From Podarcis filfolensis (lineage: Eukaryota): DNA of 64,000 bases. Shown here piece by piece: positions 34,231 through 45,766 of the stretch. A program made the position numbers and the translations under genes. Position 1 is the stretch's first letter. Each line of letters starts with the position of its first letter. The notes below the pieces were generated by a model that saw nothing but the letters and a program-made list of their open reading frames with translations, did no database searches and had not been told where the DNA came from. Where the stretch lies: assembly GCA_964270895.1 (NCBI GenBank), contig OZ185436.1. One strand, 5' to 3'.

Positions 34231-34689
34231 AGTCGTCGTCTATTCATGTATGTGACGACAGCAGCGAGGATACTACTGGCCCAGAGATGGAAAGAAGACA
34301 ATGTTCCAACCAGAGAGGAATGGCTGATGAAGATGATGGACTATGCCAAAATGGCGAAACCGACTGGGAAAATCAGAAACCAGCAAGAGAAGAATTTTAA
34401 GAAGGAATGGAAAAAATTTACAATGTACTTAAGAGAACACTGTAAACAACTTTGGTGGGATTTGAGTAATGCTTGTAATGTACAAAAAACTATGGAAAAA
34501 TGAATTACTATTTTTTTTAACAAATTAAAGAAAATAAGATAAGCAGAAGGGGGGGAAAAGATTGATAATGGTAACCACGGAAGGGTGGAAGGAAGTCAAG
34601 GGATTCAGAGAATCCTAATGGAAGAGGTGAATGATGTGTTTGAATTTAAATTTGTTATGGAAAACTTAATAAAAAATATACTTTAAAAA
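34231..34689 (+). mobile_element. 5'-truncated L1-clade LINE with target-site duplication
   Basis: ORF2 C-terminus LFMYVTTAARILLAQRWKE...EWKKF; 3'UTR ending aataaaaaa; 18-bp TSD GAAAAAAA(T/G)GGGATTTTT at 34213-34230 and 34690-34707. Confidence 0.85.
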
Positions 34690-34827
34690 GAAAAAAAGGG
34701 GATTTTTTTTTTGTTTTGTTTTAGGAGAGGCAAGTTTGGTGTAGCACTGAGAACTGCCAGGACTGGATCGGCTAAGCAACATAAGGTTGCCCAGCAAGGA
34801 GGCAAGGGCAGGGACAGGAATACTCAC

Positions 34828-34883
34828 TTCCCGAAGCAGCCAGTTTCAGGTTATCGGAGTCATCTTCGTAAGTGTACAAAGCC
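34828..34883 (-). CDS. DBN1: Drebrin, exon 2 (ADF-H domain)
   Basis: cttgcag|G GCT; ALYTYEDDSDNLKLAASG; donor A|GTGAGT; 56 nt. Confidence 0.96.
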
Positions 34884-36460
34884 CTGCAAGTCAGAGAATC
34901 ATACAAACAGGTTACCATGTACAGATAAGGGCAGGACCGCGCAAATCCTTCACTATCCAACTCCTGCACCGAGGAAATGCAGATATAGTGCTAGGTAAAA
35001 TTGGAGGCTAGGGCTTGGATTAAGCAGATTTGAACATGTTGGCTTATTTTGCTGAACCGGTTCTGCTCCTGTAGCCCTCGAGTAGCAGGGAGAGGAACAG
35101 AACCACAAAGCCCAACCATGTAGTCACTGCGGTTCTGGGGCTTCAGAGATGTTGGTGGGATAGATACACACTCTTCTTAGTCCCCAAGGTCTACAAATTT
35201 GATTTTTAAAATAAAATGTAGGTTTCCTGGTATGGTCTATGGACCGACACAATAAATACTATTTTAATAAAATGAAAGTTGACCCTCAGGATGCTGAATT
35301 CGGTATTTGTGTGGTGCTTGCACATGATGCACAATAAACACAGTTCTGAGTAAAGGACAACAATGTCTTGTCCAGGGAATGCCCCTCATTCCAGAGAAAG
35401 CCTTGCATTACAACATAATATATTTCAACCCCTCTGAAAGCCGTGCCCCAGGAAACAGAAAGAAAGCAACAGATATTTCCAAACTTGCTTCCTTCCAAAT
35501 CACATTTGGAGTCTAGGGGAAGAAATGATGGGCTCACCCACACAAATCCAAGATGATGTTCACTGTTATAGGGTGATACATCTACCAGTGTCTTGGTTAG
35601 TGAGGGAAGATCCACAGCATGCTCTGGGATCCTATTCTATCACCCCTGAAACTTTGCTCTTCCTTCCACTTGTCCCCCAAAGATGCACATTCCACAAATT
35701 TGAGAATTATTTATAGAAAGCACCATGTATATTGGGCAGCAGGCACCCTCAGAGGACCAGGCCTCCTGGAGCATGCCTGGAGCAGAGAAATTAAAAATGC
35801 CCTTGAGCAACAGCAAACTGCCTGTCTCATGTGTGATTCCCAGATGGGCTATATTTGGTTTGTGTGCATGCACAGACATAGAGTCATTTGAATTAAACTA
35901 TTTTCAGTAGATTTCCTAAGAAAAGCTCTGCGGAATCAGACCTTTTGTCTGTTCTGAACTTTCTGCCACTAAAGAGCTAAAGAGCCCCAGACCCAAATGT
36001 TGTAATCTTTCCTTATTTGGGAGTTTCTCCAGCCTCCTGGTCACTTTGGTTGCCTGTTTCTAAACACTCATCCCAGACTAACAAGAGGCATTCTCAGGCT
36101 TCAAGGACTCATTCCAGCCAAGCAAAAGTACTTGGGTGGGAAGGAGGGCCAGTGAAGGCGTAGGGAGAGCTACAAGGGCCACATACAGAAGCCTAGAAGA
36201 GTTGCATTTAGCCATGGGGCCTAAAGTTCCTCACCCAAACAGATGCAACCCAGGACTGGCCTGTGCATGCAGGATCCGGCTGGGCTCTCAGTTCCTCCTA
36301 GCAACTTGTGTAGGTAAAGCAAGCAGGCTGCCATATTTGATATCACCAGTGCAGGCAAGTTCCCTACACTGGTGGGCTCAGTCTCCACAGACAAGCGCCC
36401 CTAGTGGGTTATTGCAGCATGTGCTGCAATGTCCAGTCCCCCGCAACATGATGTAGACTG

Positions 36461-36711
36461 CAGGGGTCAGCAAACTTTTTCAGCAGGGGGCCGGTCCACT
36501 GTCCCTCAGACCTTGTGGGGGGCCGGACTATATTTTGAAATAAAAAAATGAACAAATTCCTATGCCCCACAAATAACCCAGAGATGAATTTTAAATAAAA
36601 GCACACATTCTACTCATGTAAAAACACGCTGATTCCTGGACTGTCTGTGGGCCAGATTTAGAAGGTGATTGGGCCGGATCCAGCCCCCGGGCCTTAGTTT
36701 GCCTACCCATG
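36461..36711. mobile_element. Non-autonomous hAT DNA transposon
   Basis: TIRs CAGGGGTCAGCAAACT / AGTTTGCCTACCCATG; flanks atgtagac and atgtagag (7/8 match, hAT-type 8-bp TSD, left one offset by 2 nt). Confidence 0.8.
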
Positions 36712-37494
36712 ATGTAGAGCAAGCATTTCTAGAACACGGCTGCTCCTCCAGCCTGCCTAGAACAAAGCCCCCATCCAACCCTGCCCGCCCTTTTTGTTTT
36801 ACATTCTGTCTGGCAATGCTGTGATAAGGAGAGGCGCTCCCCAAGGTTTCAGCTGGTACATCTGCCCCAACTTCACTTCCAGAAGAGGAACAGCAGGGAA
36901 GAGCGATGAAGAGAGGGTGTACAACATCTCCTACATTATGAGGGACAGTCTTCTGTTTGAGGGGATCCTCTGCTAGAAAGGTCATTAGGTCTAGGCCTGG
37001 TTGAAAGACAAAAGAACCCCAAGGTGGTATGTGGGTGGGTGTGGTGCCCGCGGGATGGGATGGGGCAGGGTGCGCCAGAATCCCAGAGCCCGGGCCATGT
37101 TCTGCTCCTGTTCCCAGCAGCCCCATGTTACTTTTTTGGGCAGTGCGGAGCCTGCAGGTACCTGAGCCACTGTGTCACTCCCAGGAGAGATGTGTGGCTT
37201 GGGCGTGCTGCAGGCCCCATGATAAGTGCTACTCCCTGCGGTGTGGGGCCAGTATGCCCCACCCCCTGCACTATGCCTCTGGGCAGGCACAATCACCTCA
37301 AACACAGAAGTGGCACAAAAGGGGCAAAAATAGCCTTAAAGAAGCACAAAAATGGCACAAAACAGTGCTTAGCAACCCCACATGCCTTTGCATCAAGGCC
37401 TGTGGGGAGCTTGAGCAAGGTTTGGAGGGAGCGATTGTGGCGTTCATTTGCAGGCTCTTTCAATTGTGTTCTCATTACACAATTGCACTTAAAT

Positions 37495-37545
37495 GCGTGG
37501 TGCCTCGGAACGTAACCCCTGCGTAAATGGGGAGTCGCCTGTATT
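37495..37545. mobile_element. Tigger/mariner-like TIR end fragment
   Basis: gaacgtaacccctgcgtaaatggggagtcgcctgTA; partner end not found. Confidence 0.35.
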
Positions 37546-39169
37546 GTATTTCTATTCAAATTATACTGAATTACTTCTAAATTTGCTTCCCTACAAAACT
37601 ATTAGAACACGGCTTTTAAAAATGCAAATCAGCGCCTGCCTTTGTCCTCTCTTTCGTTGATGCGCAAGAAAGATGCTTCGCTGGTATCAGTTCCAGGTGC
37701 TTTGTGCTCAAGGGAGAGAGATCCCCTCCGCCCATATCCCCTTGTCTCCTTAATGCTGCATGTGCCTGCAGGCCACATGCAAAAGGCTGAGGGAGGAGCT
37801 TCTGCTAAATGGGGAGAAATGAATGCGCTGCTGCAGCAGAGGCCTCACCCCTCCAGGATGGTATAATTGTTGCCCACCTGGGGAGTAAGACCCACTCACG
37901 CTTCTGGCAGTGAACTGCCTGCTGCCCAATAAGAATGTGAGGGGTGGAGTGGGGTGGGGTGTTAAGAGGCGGAGAGGGAGAAATAGTGAAATTAAAGCAG
38001 CAGTAGCAGCATATCAATGAGCCATCAGGGCATGTGTGAAGGGGCCTCCATGGAAACCGTCTCCAAGATACCACCCTCTCCTCCATCTCTGGCGGGGTAT
38101 AGCCATTCCCTCCATCCTTTGCCAATCAGCCAGCAGAAATCAGAACCTTGCCGAGAGCACATGGGGGTTCTGTTCTCTTCGCAACCTCATTTCGAGACCT
38201 CATGAGAAGGGGGAAGGAAGGAGCACGGAGAATTGGTCCAGGTTGTGTGGGCGAAGAGACCGAAAGGGGGGGAGACTCCCTCAGCTTATCAAAGCAACCA
38301 GCATCTCTGTGTCACCATGGCAACCACACTGCCATCCAGCTGGGACACAGTTCATATGAGGAGGAAGGAGGTGATTTACAGGGGAGGCTGGCTGGTGGGG
38401 GTGGGGGTGGGAGGGAGGGGGGAGGTATTCACTGGCAGCTGGCCCCAAATGCTGCTCCTCCCGTGCGCACCCACTGCCACCCTCTCATGGCAAATTGGGA
38501 GGTGCCTTCCCTGCCCGGCCTTTCCACAGCTTACAGTGGGAGTTTGCTGAGTTGTGTCTCTTCCTGGGCATCATGTGCTCCATTTGCTGACCTGCCAAAT
38601 TCTTTGGCTGTTTGCATTCCAGTAAAGGCCGGGGCGCCATATGACCTCGGTTCCTTGGGCCAGAATCCTGATAGAGTCAGAAGGGGAACTCTGTTGGCAG
38701 GAGGAAGGATGCTGGTTGCCGGGAATCGCAGGTGGGCAGAGGGCTCCCGCTCGCAGGCATGCAAGGACAGGGTGCTGGACTAGATGGGCCTGTTGGCCTC
38801 ATCCAGCAGGCCTGATACATGTTCTCAACTCCCAACATGAACTGGTTGCCTTTACTCCATAGCCCCAAACCTTCCACAGCCGCATCTCATCACAATATTG
38901 GCTTTAGCAGAAGTTGCTTACACCATCGGGTTATCTCTTTGTTTCTCTGTGATAAGTCTAGTCTTTTGATATCGGAGGAGGGAGCAAGGCTGGCATCAGC
39001 ACTTGGCATCCTGCCAGGGTCTAGCAGCCTGGTAAGGCCTCTTCCTGATTACTGCTTATGAGCCCTCGCCTTAAAGATTATCAGGCTCAGCACCAAGCAC
39101 CTGAATAGAGTCACCTTTTTAGTTTTCCACAACACCCTTAACCTATTAGGAGGTGTGAGGAGGGGTGGG

Positions 39170-39420
39170 GAACATCAGGCCTGTGGGCCAAATGCAGCCC
39201 TCTAGGCCTCTCCTTCTGATCCTTCTGCACCCCAAGTGTGTTTTTTGCCTGGCAGAGATGTGTCCTTGTGTGCTGATAACACCTCCTGCTTGCCTGGACA
39301 GAGAATAAAGTCAGATGTGCTTACTTTTGTAGTTTCCACACAATAAACTGCCTACTGCTGGCATGTAGGCCTTGGAAGGGTCCACAGAAAAGAATGCAGC
39401 TCTTGGGCTGCCTGCCGCAA
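39170..39420. mobile_element. Degenerate hAT-like fragment
   Basis: ggggtggggaacatcaggcctgtgggccaaatgcagccc resembles hAT termini. Confidence 0.35.
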
Positions 39421-39619
39421 CCAGGCAAGGCCCCTACCTCCAACCACTGACTGAAGAGAGACCCCACCAGATGACACTTCCTTCAGAGCATATGACTGCC
39501 TTCGATAGAGGGGAGTGAACAGTTGCCAAGGGAGGCTGGAGTTCTGCCCCGAACCTCCCCATCTCATGTTCACACACATTTTGGCTAGATCAAGGGAGTA
39601 AGCAGAGAGTGGGTGTGTA

Positions 39620-39860
39620 ACAGGATGAAGGGGCATACAACCATGCATGCTGTGGAGAAAGAGCTTCTCCATCTCTCGTAATATTAGAACTCGGGGCCAC
39701 CCAGTGAAGCTGAAGGGTAGGCGGCTCAGGTAGACAAAAGCGAAATTCTGATTCACACAGCGCATAGGTAAACTGTGGGATTCACAGTATGTGGTGACAA
39801 CCACCAACTTTGAAGGGGGATTAGACAAATTCATGGGCGATAAGGCTACCAATGGGATCC
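39620..39860 (+). mobile_element. CR1 LINE 3' fragment
   Basis: actcggggccacccagtgaagctg...ttcacacagcgcatagg...ggattagacaaattcatgg is typical of the CR1 ORF2 end. Confidence 0.7.
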
Positions 39861-40699
39861 AGTATTAGAGGCAGTATGACTCTCAGGGTTTAAAATTAGC
39901 AGGGAGCCAGGCGCATTTTGCACCTAAAGATTCTCCATTTGCGAGCACCTCAAAAAGTCTGGGTGCCATTTTTTTGTGCCTGGCTGACACTCAAGGATTA
40001 CTGAAATGTATGTGCTTTGAAGCTTTGAAGTGTATGTTAAGGAGAGAAAATATAAGGAGTTTAACAATAAAGAATAGAATATTTTGAAAACTGAAGTATG
40101 GTACCAATATTTTTATTTAAACACCAAATTAGAAACGTATTAACAATTTATGGTAGACATATGATATTAACAAGGTGTCACCTATGTAACTTGCGCATTA
40201 CTTAATGCTTATCACAATAATAAATAAAAGGTGTTGCCGCCCCCCCCCCAAAGGTAACTAGACATTCTGTTTTGGCGCCCACAACCCAGGTTCCAGGAGC
40301 CATCCTAGCTTTTCTATCCCGATTTCTAATGCTAAATTGACTCTAAAGTTGCTGAGGAAAATGGGTGGGCAAAGGCTGTTGTGCTCCTGCGCTGCTAAGG
40401 GCTTCCCAGAGGTATCTGGTTGGCCATTGTGGGGAATAGGCTGCTGGTCCAGATAGGCCTGTGGCCTGATTCAGTAATGTTGAAACTACAAGACTGCCTT
40501 CTTACTCCTTTTCCCCAATCACTGTGCACGATGCTGCCATGTTCCTTGGAGTAAGCTTTGCCCCTCCCTGGGGCTTTTCCCATTGATTACATCTGGTCTT
40601 GTACCTGGGCTGATGTTGCTGATTGGTGGGTCTTTATTTTGCCATAGTAAGAATAGAGGATGCTCAGCATTTTTATTTCATGACTCGGGGAGGGTTACT

Positions 40700-41080
40700 G
40701 TGACACAGGTGGTGCTGTGGTCTAAACTACTGAGCCTCTTGGGCTTCCCGATCAGAAGGTCAGCGGTTCAAAACCCTGCAATGGAGTGTGCTCCCATTGC
40801 TCTGTCCCAACTCCTGCCAACCTATCAGTTCGAAAGCACACCAGTGCAAGTAGATAAATAGGTATCGCTGCTGCCGGAAAGTAAACGGCGTTTCCGTGTG
40901 CTCTGGCTTCCATCACGGTGTTCTGTTGCGCCAGAAGCGGTTTAGTCATGCTGGCCACATGACCTGGAAAGCTGTCTGTGGAGAAACGTCAGCTCCCTCA
41001 GTCTGAAAGCGAGATGAGTGCCACAACCCCATAGTCACCTTTGACTGGACTTATCCATCCAAGGGTCCTTTACTTTTTAC
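40700..41080 (+). mobile_element. Sauria SINE, full length
   Basis: Head ggtggtgctgtggtctaaac...gatcagaaggtcagcggttcaaa; body gttcgaaagcac...gtagataaataggta; tail cctttactttttac; 10-bp direct repeat TTACTGTGAC at 40695 and 41077. Confidence 0.88.
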
Positions 41081-41814
41081 TGTGACCAAACTGGAAAAAA
41101 CATGACATCTGTTGTTTGACTGTACCTTCAGCCAAATTGATGGGGCGGGGGGGGAGGAGAGAGGAAGAATACTATTCTTAAGCTCATACTACATGTATAT
41201 TAAGGGAGTGTTGGAAAGAAACCTACAGAAAAAGAAACCCAATTCTTAAGCTTTTTTCTACACATCTATGGAGCTGGATGAAAGAGGGCACCCATAGATT
41301 TCATAAAATTGGGAAGGAATATTTGCCTATGGGTCTTTTTAGCCTTCCAAAGCCATCAGCATTTCATAGCATTATAAGCAGAGTTTTATTACTGGCTATT
41401 GCTGCCTTTCGTACAGCAAATGGCTAGACAGTTCATCTGTGTGCTGAAAGCACCCACGTCAGCTAAAAGTAAGCTGCCTGTTGGTTCTTAGAATAGCATA
41501 TTTTTACCCAAACAACCTGAAGGGACACTCAAATGTTTGGATGAGATTAAATGAGAATGATGTTATAAACAGTATTGCAATTGATTTGCCAAAGGATTTT
41601 TTTTAAGAGGCAAGAGAAGAGACTTGGGGACTGTCGTGCCAATGCTATGCTGTTCAATACAGCTCTGATGCTCTGATATAAAGGTCATCTCTTGAAACAA
41701 AGGACGTCTGGTAACTATGGCTTATGCAGACATGGAGTCACATGAAGCATACACTGAATTTATTTATCTATCTGTCTCATTCCGACAGGAGGGGGCCATG
41801 GCTTTCTGATATAG

Positions 41815-41905
41815 AGCAGTATTCTTCAACCTTGGGTGCCTATTTGTTGTTGGACTCCAACTCCCATCATCCCCAGATAGCTGAGCCAATGGCTAGGGAT
41901 GAATG
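41815..41905. mobile_element. Palindromic MITE, partial
   Basis: gttgttggactccaactcccatcatcccc core. Confidence 0.5.
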
Positions 41906-42904
41906 GTGCCTCTGGGGCTGGCCAGGGGATGCTGGTTGCAAGGAGCTGAGGTGGAGTTAAGCAAGCAAGCGGACGAGGGAGCCCAGCGAGCTCTTGCTCT
42001 TGGAAATGGACAGACTAGTGGCAGGCAGGGCGGGCAGGCACTGGCCTTTCTTGTGCTTGCTGTTTGCAAGGCCTGCCTGGGAGCTGAGCGCCCAGTGCTG
42101 AAGGGGAGCCTTTCCGCCAGGCAGGCCCAGCAGCGCCCACTGCTGCCTCCCAAGGTAAGGTGCTGGTCTCACATTCACCTTTGGCCAGTCTCCGTTGGGC
42201 CAGTAAGGCTGGGGCCATCCTCTTCCTAGGCCCCTGTGGGGCAGTGTGAGGAGGCACCTCTCTTTGGGGCGGCAGCTCCCAGACCAGGGGCAGCAGCAGC
42301 AGCTGCTCAGAGGCCTCCCAAGGCAAGGGGAGGAGTTTGAGGGAACACTCCACAAGGAAGGGTGTTCAAAAAAGAGCAAGAGACCACCAGTTCTGCAGGG
42401 GTGACATCACTGGGCTCCTGAGCCCCACAGGGGTGCCACAGAAAGAATGTAGTTGGTCAAGGGAGCTGTGGACTCAAAAAGGTTGAAAACCTCTGCTCTA
42501 AGGCAGAGCTGGATAACCTTTTTGGCTCTATGGGGCTGCCCACCTGTCAATTGTATGTTATTGGGTGATTTGGTGCTTTGGAGCATCCAAGTCAGGATTT
42601 CACCTTGGAAGCAGCAACATGTAGCTAATTCTCTACCCCTCTTTTTGTTTTAGAAGGGATTTAAAGGCAAACCCCTTCACTCAGCCATGCAGGGGCAACT
42701 GCTCAGCCATTGCAGAATTAAACCCTATCCTTCTGCATATCAGTTGGTGTCAATGAGTGGTATCTGCTGATTGACTTGGCATCAAAATGGAACCCTTGGT
42801 GTGTCAAGAATGGTCAGATTCCACAACTCTGCTCTAAGGAGCTCATGCAGCCTATATGTGAGCTATCTAGTGCTATCCTCATTAATGAATTTGTGGAGAC
42901 ACTG

Positions 42905-43023
42905 CAGACCAAGTAAGGATGCTTGGCTAAGGGCCATCCAATGAGCTGCTTGGCTGGATATGGATTTGAACCCAGGTCTCCTTTATCCAAGCCCAGCACT
43001 CAACCCCCTATGCTACCACACTG
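42905..43023 (-). mobile_element. tRNA-head SINE (Squam3-like), partial
   Basis: ggatttgaacccaggtctcc...ctaccacactgg = reverse B and A boxes. Confidence 0.55.
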
Positions 43024-43069
43024 GTTTTCACTTTATACCCTAAGATAACAAGAATTTCAGAGACTATAC

Positions 43070-43192
43070 AAGCCTTGCCAACCCTGACACCCTCCAGATG
43101 TTTTGGACTACAACTCCAATCAGTCACTGTGGCTTGAGCTGATGTGAATTGTAGTCTAAAACATCTGGAGGGTGCCAGGGTTGGCAAGGCTG
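43070..43192. mobile_element. Palindromic hAT-type MITE with TSD
   Basis: Arms agccttgccaaccctg...ggactacaa / ttgtagtct...cagggttggcaaggct; flanks gactatac / aactatac (7/8). Confidence 0.8.
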
Positions 43193-45207
43193 AACTATAC
43201 TGTTCTGTTATTTATCACCATATTATCCTAAGCAAATTGGGGTTGGCCACTGTTTATCCACCTCAGGGGATTAAATAGGATAACCTTCCATACACCACAC
43301 TGACAATGGAGGCTGATGCCCATTGAGATGGGTAGGGCAAAGGACAGGTGGTCAACAGTAGATGGAACCAGAGCTTTGGGGTCTGGTTGAGACCAGACAG
43401 AGATTAGTGGGGCAAAGCCCTATTCACTCTTATGGACCAGCCTCTACTGTACATGAAGTTTCTTGGAGGAAAAGTGGGACACAAAAACTTGATAAATTAT
43501 ACAACTGTCAGCAATTTTTTTTAAAAAAACCCTTTTTGTTTTCTAAACAGAAAGTGCCCTAATTTTGCATGTCTCTTTGACTAGATCCTGTGCCAGAATG
43601 TCAATAGTCTGCCTTCTGGAAACTTTACCAGCTTCCTGCGTAGTACAAACAGTGTGGAACATCTGCAATGGGGACATGGAGAGCAGAGACCCAATATGAT
43701 TTGCCTGCCCAGTGCGTTACTTTAAATCAGAGGTGGGGAACCTTCGTCTGATGAAGGTTCATTGGCTCACATGAAAAGTCAAACAGGGGCCACAGCCAAT
43801 GGTGGGCAGAGCCATCATCAAGAGTGGGTGGGGTCTGCAGGAAGGCACAACACTCTTTTTGTACCACCCCATTCCCACTCTACCTTTCCCAAAGCGGAAG
43901 CAATGCCAGGGTTTTTATGCCATGGGGGGCGGACAGATGGACAGTGTGCTGGAGAACAGAAGAGGGGCTTCAGGAGGCAGAAGGGCTGGAGGATGCTGAA
44001 GGCTGCCTGAAATCAGGGCAAGGACCACACACCATCCCCAGGAGTCTGGTTCCCTAACCCAGCTTTAAATGGTTTTGTCAGTTTCTCTCCTGCTTGTGAT
44101 TACTGCTGCAAGTAAGTTCAGACCTGCCGGAAAAAACAGGAAATGCAGCAGGAGCTATATAGCACTCTGGTTTGCCCTTCAACATTCCTGAATCTATATA
44201 CCCAAAGCAAACCCTGCTATGCAGAAGGGTGATCAGCTTCTGCCATGGTGGTGATGGCTGATGAAAGCAGGAACTGATGAATGGTTCATCAGCAGGACAT
44301 TTTAAGATGTTAGACCCAAAACAAAGGCGGCATATGTGTGCACACAGCACTTGGCTCTGCTTCATCTAGCAAAACCACCCCATCACTGGGATATTGGGTT
44401 TTGTAAACTCTGGGTACGAGAGCATAATGTGCATTCTGCACATATGCAGAATTTGCCAGCAAGCCGCTTTTTAAGAATAACAAAAGATTCTAGCTCTCAT
44501 GATTGCAGACACGCATTTGGAATGACGTTGGCAGAGTCTGATATTCATAGTCAGGCTGCACTTCTGCTGATTAGTGGTGTGTGCAGGATATCAAAATGGC
44601 GCCACCTACCTCCTTGCGCTCTGCCCACCCGCTCCAAGCCCCCTGTTCCCCCTGCTCTCAGATCCCTTCCCACTTCTGTTTTCTGCCACCCGAGCTCTTG
44701 CCCGAGGAATCTAAATCCTTTTCAGAACTTGCTCATTGCAGAAGGGGAACTATGCAAAATAGAAGAATGTAAATAGTTTGATTTGCATAATTTATTTTCC
44801 ACGCAATATAATTTATACCTCTTTGGTATCAAGCGCACATAGCACCATCCGCCGCGAGACGCTGCGAAGCAATTTAGAGCGAAACTACCCACTGCAAGGC
44901 AAACACCAGGGTCTCTGCCCTGTAACATTCATTTTCAGGAGGTAGGGGTATTTTCAGGGAAGTGATGTCCAGCCAACATCACTGCTCCATTGCAAACTGG
45001 TGTTTCAGTGCCAACTCGACGCGAGCCAGTTCTGCCCCTGCCCCCAACAGTCCCCGTCCCCCCGCTTTTCCCTCCACATCAGAGGCTAGAAAATCAGCTG
45101 GAAGAAAAACAACCCATCCTGCACCCCAGGGTATATATAGGGAGAAATTAGCATCTTCAGTTAGCGTTCGGCACCCCCACCCCCCAGCTGTTTCTCCCTT
45201 ACAAATA

Positions 45208-45452
45208 CAGTGGTACCTCGGGTTAAGAACTTAATTTGTTCCGGAGGTCTGTTCTTAACCTGAAACTGTTCTTAACCTGAAGCACCACTTTAGCTAATGG
45301 GGCCTCCCGCTGCTGCTGCTGAGCCGCCGGAGCACAATTTCTATTCTCATTCTGAAGCAAAGTTCTTAACCCGAGGCACTATTTCTGGGTTAGTGGAGTC
45401 TGTAACCTGAAGCGTATGTAACCTGAAGCGTATGTAACCCGAGGTACCTCTG
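45208..45452. mobile_element. Tc1/mariner (pogo/Tigger-like) MITE
   Basis: TIRs CAGTGGTACCTCGGGTTA / TAACCCGAGGTACCTCTG (17/18); TA target duplication; internal tandem gtaacctgaagcgtat. Confidence 0.88.
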
Positions 45453-45626
45453 TAGCTCCCTCTGCATTACCTTTGCAAATGCACATCTGAGAAACAGGTT
45501 TTTGTTGAAGTAATGTGGGGTGTCCATAAGCTCCACCTTTGACCAGATTCACAGGGAAATCTCCAGGCGCAACCTATATAGAGAAGGGGCTATAGAAGAC
45601 CTACCCCCAAACTGTAGCAACTGAAC

Positions 45627-45766
45627 CATGGGGTGGCAGCCTGTGGCTGCCTAGATGTTCCTGGACTCCAACTCTCATCAACGATGACCATTGGTGATTC
45701 TGGCTGAGGCTGATGGGAGTTGGGAGTCCCGGAACATTTAGAAGGCCCTCATATTCCCCATCCATG
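45627..45766. mobile_element. Palindromic MITE, diverged
   Basis: catgg...ggactccaactctcatca / tgatgggagttgggagtcc...ccatg. Confidence 0.55.

Noticed and set aside
34147-34503. 118-aa ORF as a host gene
   Set aside because: It is the C-terminus of a truncated L1 ORF2
36011-36020. CArG boxes CCTTATTTGG (36011) and CCAAAATTGG (12041)
   Set aside because: About four CC(A/T)6GG matches are expected by chance in 64 kb; no supporting context
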